From NCBI RefSeq assembly GCF_006345805.1, contig NC_042999.1, positions 171,368,001 through 171,432,000 of the forward strand: DNA of 64,000 nt, written 5' to 3'. Below, one piece after another: positions 53,150-64,000 of the stretch. Numbering within the stretch: position 1 is the first letter of the stretch; every line of letters begins with the position of its first letter. The stretch comes from Octopus sinensis. Taxonomy: Eukaryota. A model generated the notes under the pieces. It did not search any database, was not told where the DNA came from, and saw only the letters and a program-made list of their open reading frames with translations. The translations under genes were made by a program, and so were the position numbers.

Positions 53150-54550
53150 GTTTTCTTCTAGTGAGAGACGAAAGAAGCATGGCATTTATGGAGGAGGTTT
53201 CCATGGTCTCCACTCGTGTAAACTGTTCCAGCTCGGTGTGTGTCCGAGGAAGATTAGGAAAGAATAAATGATCAAATCATCTTAGTAAGTCTGGATATTT
53301 TTAGAAGTGACTCAAATAAGCTATCTATAAGGAGCAAGAAGATTTTGTTGTATGTAGGGAGAATCATTATGCCAATATTATCACACGCACTGATTCAATT
53401 TCACACCTTTATTATTAGTCGATTAATTAAATATCCATCTATCTAATCGATTGTTCTTTTAAAGAATCTTGCGGACCAGATACAAACACGAAGCAGGAAG
53501 ATTGATGCGGACAAACCTAAACTCGGGTGTTGACAGAGAGTAGAGTGCTAAGACTTCTGACAGGTTTCACCACAATCCTGCTGATAGAAAGCTACCCATC
53601 CCATACATCATTCATAACTGGAGAAGGTAGGCGGGATATTCTGGCTGGCGACATACATAGCACATATAGTTGATAGCTTCAGTGATGTCTAAGGTGATAA
53701 TACTGCTTTCACCGAATTTTATCGACGATTGACACTGCTAGAGGATAGCATAGGAAAGTAGACTGCCAGACCATTGGCTCGACAGAAACGGAAATAACGG
53801 CCATTGAAGAGAGAGATGAGAACGGAGAAAATTTAAGGCATTCATAAATATTATCGTTTGTCACTATCTCCATTAAATTCCGAGTGCTGAATGTTGCTCA
53901 GTTTGGTGATAGTTGACTGTATCAGAGGATGCTTGTTTTTCCAGAAATGTATTAGAAACGTACTAGAGTTAGAACAACGTAGGGTTGAGTATAAGGCGGT
54001 GTATTGGAAAGGAGAAAGCCCAGGATGGTAGACTTGTAGATTTTAATCAGCTGGGACGCCATTTGAAACCAGCGTGTGTGTATCGAATTTGGAAGCCAGC
54101 TGTCACTGAAATATTAAAATTGGTAGTGATTTACCAAGTGGTTATGATATAGAACCAGATTTGTAAAAAGCAACCAGTGAAGTTGATGTTTTCTTAGTGC
54201 GTTCTGCTTGTGGGGCTATCGTTGTTGAAAAGTAGCAAAATGCGTTGAAGATTATTTGGGCCAAGATATTATAAATATCAGCTTCAGTTTTAAAGATCAG
54301 AAGTCGTGAAGGCTGTGCGATATACGAGGCAATCTTTTGTTGTTCGGATAATGGTTTGTTGCGTTCCTAGCTAACCGTTAGGTTTTGTGAAATACTCTAA
54401 GCATTTAGAGCTTCTCTGTTGCATGTAAAGCTGCCATGTAGCTACGAGCAAATCACTTCTAAAATTCAGAATTGTGTGGAATTGCAATGATGGCTAAAAT
54501 TATAGTTTTTATCTCATTCCTAGCTGATTCTGATGGATCGACAATGAACT
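53150..54550 (-). mobile_element. Old, heavily decayed CR1/Jockey-group LINE RT region
   Basis: Broken frames: LDTHTLVSNGVPAD, LMEIV, GSLLSYA...KFGESSIITLDITEA (compare GDLL...FGES..VALDISKAFD), and a WNSL-like C-terminus. Confidence 0.55.
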
Positions 54551-57500
54551 ACATTTTAGAGTATGGATTACATACTTCTTTTGCCTTCTGCTCATGTAAA
54601 TTACTTTAATGCACAAATTCAGAAAAACAGATTTTCATGCATGAAAGGTGGTTCTAAAGAAGGAAAGTCACACGTTCAACAAATGTAATAGACGAAAAGA
54701 GGTCTAGATTAATGCAGATTATGTTACACTGCATACTCAGACAAACAATGCATTTCACTGATTCCAACCAGCAAGTTATTTTGGTTGTGACTTGCTGACT
54801 TGTTCGAGTAGTAAGGTAAATTAAATGTTGACGAATATGTTTAAATTTGTATTGGTCTGTGACCGTTGAGTTGTGCTTATCATGGCCATTAAGCTGAAAT
54901 AGTTCACCAGCTGTAAGCGCTACTATACTTGCCACTACCATCGGTGATTATATTTCACTGTGGTTATTGCAACCTACTTATTTTCATCAGTTAAGAATGA
55001 TTTCTTTTCACGGATTAATCCATGAAGGATCTCACCTCAAGGTTCAGATTAATTTCTTTTATGCATGAGATAAATTATTAACTGAATCAAATAAAAATAT
55101 TATCAATAAGTAATAGATTTAGGCAAACTAACATGCGAAATCACTATTCGCCTAAAGTTCATGGTGTGAATGTCGATTTATAAGCAATGATTTCTTCTAT
55201 TATATGTGAAAGCATTCATAACAGCATATTTCTTTGTTCATACACAAGTTTTATTACTTACATGAAATAAATAACTCAACTATGAATTTTGTAGTAATAG
55301 TAAATAATTTTTTTTTAAGCATTTAAATACTCGATTATATGATATACTTTAGCTACGGAAATACGTATATTATTTTATGACCATTTATATAGTTGCTCTG
55401 TCTAATACCATTGCAGAGAGTAAATACCTCATAGTTTTAGAAGTAGAGAATAATCTTTCCCAGAGAAGCGTGCTGGGTGATAAATTGACCCAAAACTATT
55501 TTGATCTGGGGGAAACAAAAAGTGTAATAGTGCATTAAACCAAAATACATCTGAAAACGTTTCATTGATATCTATTGTGATAAATAGTGTTATTGTTCAG
55601 TCATAGACCACGAAGAAGCGATATAAGAGTAACTTGGTGAAATAATAGCATCACAGTTCTGTTTCAACTCATACATGCGTGTTAGGGACGAGAATAGGAT
55701 GAGAATTCCATACCGATGTGGATTTGATCTAATGAGATTATAAAACGCATTTTACAAGTTCTATAGAAACTGACATCTGAAGTTTGACAAAATAAGTGAG
55801 GTAGATGTTTTGCATAAATGTAGGATGTGGATATACTGAGTTTCAAATCTAATAAAATATTTGATTATTGTTTGAAGAAAAACATTGCCAGTTCAGTGAA
55901 TCAGTGTATTATCAATTATGCTTCGCAAGACGATGAATTTATAAAGAGAAATAATGTTGAGTGACATTCGTATCTTTGCGATTACATTTCTTTCTTGATT
56001 TGTTCGCTAGAGGCTTGCAGCATATTATATGGAAATATTAGTATATTCTTCAGTAAACATAGAAAAATTAATTTTATTGAGTAACTTGGAAGTTTTGCGT
56101 TAAGCCTTTCTTAAGGGCATTGCCGGTGTAAATGAAATTGAAATAATTTTCGCCCGAGGATATTTCAATTACAAGTCTCAGTTTACTTCATACATGCTAA
56201 TAACACAATGGCACTTACCGCATATTACAGATAATTAGTGATGTATTTCGTGCACGAATATATTTCGTAGAGATGTGGAATGAAATTGTACGACTCTGAG
56301 CTTTCATCAGGGAGGGAAATGAATTACTATCGATTTCCCTTGATTAGGATAATATTAATAGAGAATAATTGTCAGCAATTGCATCAGCCTCAATATATTA
56401 CTGGTCATTAACTAATGTAACTATAGGGATGAAAATCAAGAACAACCCCGCTGCTATAGAGTGTGAAGAATGAAACGGCGGAAAATGTTTGATATTTAAA
56501 TATACGATCTACTGTTTTACTAATGTATCTCTCACCCGAATATTAATTAACATTACCATAAATATCACATGATACAAAGCAGGTAAACTCCTGTATGTTT
56601 CAAAATAGAAATTAAAGTTTTGCACTCATTTAATTTAATTAACTATACCGAATTTTTTATATTTTGTTGTATATCGTTTACTGTGGTTTTGGCAATTTAG
56701 TTTTACAATAATAGAAATTCATCAGCTGCCTTGATCCACTTAGCTGATGTAAAGATTCTGTTCAATATTCACTGATGCAACTCTGTCAATTTTCCAGCTT
56801 GACATCATCCGTTTCTGTTCAATTTATTTGTAACAAATTAACATTATGTCTTCTACATCATTCGTGAACTTACACGTTTTAAATAAGAAGTAAATAACAT
56901 CACATAAATAAGAAAACATGAACAATACACGACGGAACACGAACATCAACAAACAAATATATTCACAAAAATATATACACAATGTGACGATTACACAGGA
57001 AACACTTTTAGAAAGAAAGCTAACATTATTAATAATGAAATATTTACGTAAGTCTTCCAGCGTAACTAAATTAATTCAACTGCTTTTACAATACTGTCCA
57101 GTAACATTTTAAAGAACTACATTAGTGAAGTAATATATTCAACGATGCAAAACCAATTGTGACTTTATTCACTTCTTTATTCAGTAGATCTTTATAAATA
57201 AGGTATATAAATAACGCCAACGAAGCAGTTCTTTTATATTTTAGTTATTTACTCCTGAATTGTTATATTACTAGGCGAAAGACTTTTACATTATTTATTT
57301 ATTTTTTCATTAAGAAAAATGTAAACCAGTCACAAACCCTTCTATTTGTTTTGTAGTTATTGAGTTCAGGCTGAAACTTGTTATCTCCTGATATTCAAAG
57401 TTTATTGGTAAATAGAAACTGTCAGCATATTTGAACATTGAAGAGTGAGAATTATCAACTGCCGAAATTCAGAGAAACGGGTTTATTTTCCAACTTACAA

Positions 57501-58067
57501 TATAAAACAAATGGGGAAAAATAAGACACATAATGACAGTAATTTTATTATAAACATGCTCAGCTTACCATAACACCCAGTGGCCTTTAAAACCATTGTA
57601 AGTTCATTTACGTTGAAATCATATTAGTGTAAATGTGATAGAATTAACAATGACGAAAAAACATTTTGCAATTCCCCCCAGAAGCGGCTTGAAATATGTG
57701 AGAGCACGGCGACAACTCTGCTGTCTATTCAGACATATTTCCTTTATACAAGATTCACATACCGCGTATTAAGGATAGTTAAAACAACACGATTTATTAA
57801 AGAAGATCTCTGCGTGTTCGATTGATCATTGAGAATGACATGGAAATATTTATCAAATAACATCAAAAATCATTTTACGTAAAACATATTCAATGATATG
57901 AAATAAATATAATTTGGATATATTAGATATTGAAAAATTACAGGATGGTAAAAAATAGAGTGCCTTTAACTAAATCTGTCATAGACCATGCTTGATTTGT
58001 ATTAAACAATACCTTCAACAAGATACGTCCATGTATGTATATATATACACCGGCATATACAATTTAC

Positions 58068-58233
58068 TGTTCCATTATAGGCAGGATCAACAACACGAAC
58101 CATTTCATCCAGTGAGAAATAATTATCATTTAATTTACGCAGTATTTTAATATAAGCTACTTGTCGTTTCATGCCGTGGCAAGAAAATAATTCAGCAGAT
58201 TTATATATCGTGCCTTGTGTCTCCAAACTATAC
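58068..58233 (-). CDS. Candidate exon (166 nt, phase 2-0)
   Basis: 55 open non-repetitive codons YSLETQGTIYKSAELFSCHGMKRQVAYIKILRKLNDNYFSLDEMVRVVDPAYNGT, donor ACA|GTAAAT; the acceptor is weak. Confidence 0.2.
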
Positions 58234-58244
58234 CTGAGCCTCAA

Positions 58245-59520
58245 TAATCACGCACCATATTATAATCAAACACTCGCTTCTATAACACTAGGCTCAAACA
58301 ATACATATCTCAAATCACATCTCAAATACGCAACAACCATCATAATCGCAACCAACTACACACAGTTGATGAAACCATGGAAAGCATTGCGCCTAGGCAA
58401 TTTAGACCCCACACACATTCATTTAACACTCGGTCAAAACTGAAAACAAATAAATCAACTAACAATAACTGGCCTCGCTTACCGCACACCTTACCCAGAA
58501 TGATAGATATGGCTCATTTATCTAACAACTTAGATAGCTCTATTTTCAGACCCCCCTAAAAAAAGATCAATTGACGGATATAACGTTCTACAGTGAAATA
58601 GCCTCAAATACTGACCACCGCATCATGAAAACACTCCATTATTTTGTCTTAAAACATTATAACTCCCTCACTCCTAAGGAAAAGGACTATATTAACAATT
58701 TTGAGTTGAAATCAAGCAATTTCTATGGCTCACCTAAAATACAAGAGTCAGAGGGAATACAAAATGATGTAAAAAAAAGTTAGTAAATACATAAAACTAC
58801 TAAAACACCTTAAAGTAAGACCCATTATAGCTGGTCCAGCCTGTCCTACACATCATCTGAGCACTCTCATTGGTATTATCCTAACACCACTATGTAGTTA
58901 CATACCCAGTTTCCTTCGAGATGACATCGATTTCCTGTCATTTCTGCCCAAAACAACAGAATCCAATTCACTGTTAGGTTTTTATGTAACAAACTTATAT
59001 ACGAATACTCGACATGATTTGGGAATTACTGTCACTGTTCTTGGTATTTGCATCATCTACTATAGTATTGGGTCGAGAAACATAGGGAAGAGATCCCCAG
59101 TAGATTTACTGTAACCTTCGTACTTAGACGCGGTCAACCGCATCCTCAAAAACAATACATTCCTTTTCAACGGAAAAATATACTTCCAAATTCGAGACGC
59201 AGCTATGGACTCGTGATTTGCTGTGGTTTTTGCGAACTCAGTACTGGGATGCTTTGACAAAACCTATATAAAAAAAATTGAGCAGAATTCCGGCAAGACC
59301 GTTAGAAAACCTAACGAGGACACATGGAAAAGATATTGTCATGATTGTTTCCTAATTTGGACCAAATTTCTAGAAAATCTGAAAGAATTCAGCACCCTCC
59401 TCAACAATCTACCCCCTTGTCTCAAATTCATAAGAGAAGTGAGCAACACACAAGAACCATTTCGTGACATAATGGTAAGTAAAAACAAAATCACAATCAC
59501 AGGTGGTATTTATTAAAAAT
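58245..59520 (+). mobile_element. Degenerate Penelope-like element RT
   Basis: SSNFYGSPKI, KVRPIIAGPACPTHHLS, FYVTNLYTN, LKNNTFLFNGKIYFQ, WKRYCHDCFLIW (RYxDD-like), LNNLPPCLKF, PFRDIMV. Confidence 0.9.
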
Positions 59521-59762
59521 TTTATGAATATTACAAATTTTTTTTTAATGTTTAACACACTTCAACATTGTAAATTCTTTATTTTAAATACAATAATAAA
59601 AAATAAGAAAACTATGCCATATTGTAACTTTTTATTAAATACAATGATAAAAAAACGTGAATACCAGAACCATGTTGTAACTGATATATGTGTATTTGTA
59701 TGTATGTATGTATGTATGAATGTATGTATATAGATAGGTAGGTAGGTAGGTAGGTATATATA

Positions 59763-60122
59763 TGGCACTCCGTCGGTTACGACTTAAACGAGAGTTCCAG
59801 TTGATCCGATCAATGGAGTAATCTGTTTGTGAAATTAACATGCAAGTGACTGATCCCTCCACAGACACGTGTACCCTCAGGGATATTCAGCGTAACACAG
59901 AATTTGACAAGCCAGCCATTTGAAATACAGGTACTAATAATTTTTGACAGCTGATTGGACTGTTTAGGGGCGTGAGTTCAATTTCCTGCGACATGTCGTG
60001 TCCTTGAGCAATACACTTTATATCACCTTGATCCAGTCCATTCAGCTGTCAAAAATGATTAGTACCTGTATTTCAAATGGCTGGCTTGTCAAATTCTGTT
60101 TCACGCTGAATATCCCTGAGGG
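59763..60122. mobile_element. Rearranged SINE: inverted 3' part (59763-59962, minus) joined to a 5'/middle part (59965-60122, plus) with an 89-bp inverted duplication
   Basis: The tail TGGCACTCCGTCGGTTACGAC is on the minus strand; the B-box-like GTGAGTTCAATTTCC and GTGTCCTTGAGCAATACACTTTA are on the plus strand. Arms 59874-59962 and 60034-60122 are 85/89 identical. Confidence 0.8.
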
Positions 60123-60127
60123 ATTTA

Positions 60128-60245
60128 CATACATACATACATACATACATTCATTCATACATACATACATACATACATACATACATACATACATACATAC
60201 ATACATACATACACACATACATGTATATATATATATATATATATG
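60128..60245. repeat. (CATA)n and (TA)n microsatellite
   Basis: Directly visible. Confidence 0.95.
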
Positions 60246-61402
60246 TGTGATTGTTTGTGTGAGTGTAGATTTAATGCATTAATTTACGCAATTCGGTGAG
60301 ACAAGTCAAGTGTAAGAGCTGACAAAATAACCAAGATACACACTTATGACTTGGATGTAGTTGTAGAAATATCTTCCCTCAATTAGTTCATCCACTTCGA
60401 TGTAAATGATTTATTACCTTAAGTATAGCTGAAGTCGAGGTACTTCTTACTTATATTGATGATGTGCACATGTATGTGAACACTTCTTTGCAACCTACAC
60501 ACACACAGATAATCACTGACATACGAACATATATGTATATGTCTATGCATATACATACGTGCGTGTTTGAGTTTATCAGTGGCACGCAGACATACAAGCT
60601 CAGAAAGATACAAATGCATTATTATATATGATTGCCTGCATGTGTGTGTGAATGTTTGTATATCACAACTCTTTAATTATGAAATACCGCTATCATTGAA
60701 GCACGGTTGAGTGATTCCACATATTGGGTCTTTTTATTTGTTTGCTGTAGTCATCTGAAAATATAAGTGATTTTTCCGAGAATTTTGAATGTGTCGGACT
60801 ACATATTACTGCAATATTAATTCGCTAAATAAACGAGATTGGAACAGCATCTATAAAAATTATATGTTTTAGGGTTCCATAATAAATTAGAGGATAACTG
60901 AATTTCTTCAAACACTGGAAAATCAACCTCAGTACTTGCACATATTGATGTAAACTCATGTCAGACAAGAACCAATCGATTATATTAAACTTGTGGGCGG
61001 AATAAATTGACGACTAAGATTGCAGTCCAGGCCGTACATCAAGCCTGCGAAATAAGAGATGAGATGTTTACAGTGACTGAGCTTAGGTTTTCGCGATCGG
61101 GGTTAGCTGGAAATAAGCTTCAACCTAAAACATCCACAACAATATTCATGATTCAGTTTGGTTGTTATTTAATAGATGAGACATAAGACTATATTTCAGT
61201 TGTTGGGTATGATTTCTTGAGTCAGCGATCCTAAATATTATCGGAGAAATTAATTACTCTTTCAACAAATGTAAGCCCTTTCTATTAAGCATTTAAAGAC
61301 TCCTCCGTATAAAATCAACAGCGCATAACAATAAAGTTCTAAGAAAATAGTGACTATAGAAAGAGCACAAAAATTACCAAGTGGCACTTTACACGATACA
61401 GA

Positions 61403-61444
<42 letters not shown>

Positions 61445-62099
61445 CACGAGTGTGCGCGCGCGCACTCTTTACTTTAAAACTGTAACGGCGTACTCGAGTT
61501 TCACCTGGTGTAATCACGATGATGGCTGAAATCGAGTTACTCCTGATTTATATTGATGATGTGCGCGTGTGCTCACGCACATGTATGTGAACACTTGTTT
61601 GTCAGGGAGAGACTGTGTTTTAAACATACAGCGTAGTATGACCAAGACACATTTGGAGAATCCCTTCTCATCTGCTTGATAGTATCAATGGTTAAAAGAC
61701 TTCGCGTCGTTCATCAACTAAATATCTTACGGTAATTAACCTTGACCAACTCAGTATCACAAAAGAGGAATTGTATCCCTGCTGAAATTTCTTCAGACAG
61801 TGAATGTCTTTGTACATGTTACTATATTGCATGAAATATAGCAACATGTATGATGCTATGAATCAATAGATGAGCATGTTATGGGTTTCTTTTGTAATCA
61901 GTTTTCCCCAAGCGAGTTTTAAAACTTTTGCTAGATATGCACTTAAAATACTGAACTATCTGAAAATGAAATTAACTCTTCAGCAGAGAGTAAAGAATGT
62001 ATTGCATAGAGATCCAACAAATAAATATCCTCTAAAATATATTGAATCATGTCCCATATTTAGAACGTAACCTAGCTATTCCAAATTTATTTGATACTA

Positions 62100-63900
62100 G
62101 ATATCAAATGTGAGTATGTCAGGGAAGCTTAATGCATTTCATTCATTTCGAAACGAATACGTTCATCGCAGAAATTTCTACAAGCTACTTGTTTGTCATT
62201 AAGACAGATCCTACTTTTTTTCTGTTTATAGAGAGTCGTAATGTGATTTGCACTACTAATGCTAAATCGTCTTGCTCCGAACTTTCTTGAAATAACTGAA
62301 GAATATGTGCAGTTTTCTAAAGCAACAAAGATTTACTCAAGTTATACAAAACTTTCCTCTCCCAAATAATTCTCTGGCTTCACACCATTCTCTAGAAAGC
62401 TGTATCCCGCATATCAACCACTGACATTGGTACGAACTCCCATCCCATCTGGAAATGATTTAATTACCGATACAAAGAACTTGAATAATCAGGGTTCCGT
62501 GTATTTTCCTCAGGCAAACCCTTTTCACTGCATGAAAAGCCTTAGTTGAATCAATCAAAACCCGGACGAGATACATATACTGCGCATAAGTCTTCTCCTG
62601 CATCTGTTTGCTGTGAAGATCTTATCCATTGTTCCTCTACATGAAAGAAGCGACATTGATATCCAAAGAGGGGTGTAATTTACAAGGCTTATATTCAGTC
62701 AAGTAAAAACGATACCAGCCAGCAGCTGACAGTAGAGTAATACCTCTACGGTTGTCACTTATTCTGACGCCATTTCCATTATAAGTATGAAAGATACTTG
62801 CATCCTTCCGGTCCTCGGGACCTACACCATCACTGAATTCTACAATAACAAGCTTGTAAAACTTCTATGGCCACCGTCAAAGCACATGACGTCAGCGCAA
62901 ATTCGGTCTTTAGCATTTACTTTACCAAGATTCAACTTGCTTACTCGTCCATTGAGGATGCAGTGTCCAAAGATTTGATGACAAGTCTTTGTTGAATAGC
63001 ATGAATTACATAATCATCTACAACTGACTCACGGTTTAGAAATTCACAAAAAATGTTCAATCCAGCGACCTACGATTTCTGTAGATATATTGAGTAGGGT
63101 GATGCCATTTTAGAAAGCAAACGACCCGATTCAAAATTCATAGGCCCATAAACTTGCTTCTAAAAATTGTAAAGTTGCTTGCTGTCAATTTCATCATTAG
63201 CAACTTGAATATCACGTACAAGACATGCCCAGCAGGTTTTTCTGCATCTTCTTGAGTGAGATTTTATATTTTTATAAAATCTAACTCCTAGATTCTGCTG
63301 CACTTTAATCAGACCTCGGGTGAATCCACACTGTTGTATGATAATATTTGTTCATAATATATGTGATTGTAATTTAAAACCATTTTCATCGTAAAGCTCT
63401 AGGGGCATAAGATAATGACTGTTCATCTTCTCTACAATGAAACGCCCGAGATACTTCCATGGTTGTAAATCTGTTACAGCTCTGGCAATGAAATTCCCCA
63501 GTAAATTTACTTCTTCTGATTTGGAGATTTTCGTGAGTGCAGCTCACATCTGGGCATAGAATATTATTCCAGTTTCATTGGAAGTGGTCAGAGTATGGGT
63601 ATAGGCATTTATCGGAGTAGCATTTCTCAAGTGCAGACGCAGACTCATCAAAGTTCATCTACAGGTACAGGAATCCCCTCCAACAGCTTGAAGATATCGG
63701 ATGAAAACCAACGTCAGCTCTATGTGCTCTTCCTTTGATTTTCCACTGCAGAGAAAGGTAACCACATCCGACAATCTGAAGCAGATCATCACCTTCCAAA
63801 CGAATCTCTGAGATCAGCTATATCTATGTTATATTTTTTTAGTTCCCGAGCAACAATTTTCACGCATATATTCACTCTTATCTAATTGAGTACGCAGATT
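62100..63900 (-). mobile_element. Degenerate RTE (BovB-like) LINE: APE endonuclease and RT
   Basis: EN: IVARELKKYNIDIA, LMSLRLHL, INAYTHTL, NLLGNFIAR. RT: DNRRGITLLSAAG, KQMQEK, LIDSTKAFHAV. Confidence 0.85.
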
Positions 63901-64000
63901 CCATCACAAAATATTAATCGTGCATCCAGATTTTATAAACACTTTTCTTCTATTCCGGGAGCAAATTGCGTATCTGTGGGTCACGCTAAACTGACCAAAT

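Noticed and set aside
59085-59120. TACGAAGGTTACAGTAAA (minus strand) resembling a mariner TIR
   Set aside because: The plus strand here is continuous Penelope RT coding sequence, and no partner TIR is present.

Overview
AT-rich, microsatellite-saturated eukaryotic genomic DNA, not prokaryotic. The SINE, LINE and MITE families resemble those of octopod cephalopods (inference from sequence recognition; no search was run). I can identify no host gene, rRNA, tRNA gene or CRISPR array, and nearly all ORF-track entries are microsatellite translations or decayed transposon fragments. The window is a transposon graveyard: four R4/Dong-type RLE LINE loci that abut (TAA)n-containing repeats, a Tx1/L1 LINE with ORF1 and ORF2 plus two ORF1-like remnants, RTE, CR1-like and HERO-like LINE fragments, Penelope RT and GIY-YIG fragments, Chapaev3-like, maT and mariner DNA transposon remnants, and several tRNA-derived SINEs. 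The most interesting signals are: (1) three unrelated short repeat families that start at (TA)n tracts and each carry a ~38-nt minimal type I hammerhead-ribozyme-like motif, two with non-canonical cores; (2) a perfect spacer-less 200-bp palindrome that duplicates one of these motifs; (3) several long inverted repeats made from TE fragments, which are potential dsRNA substrates. A few weak candidate exons are noted at low confidence. Element boundaries were read by eye and are approximate unless exact arms are stated.
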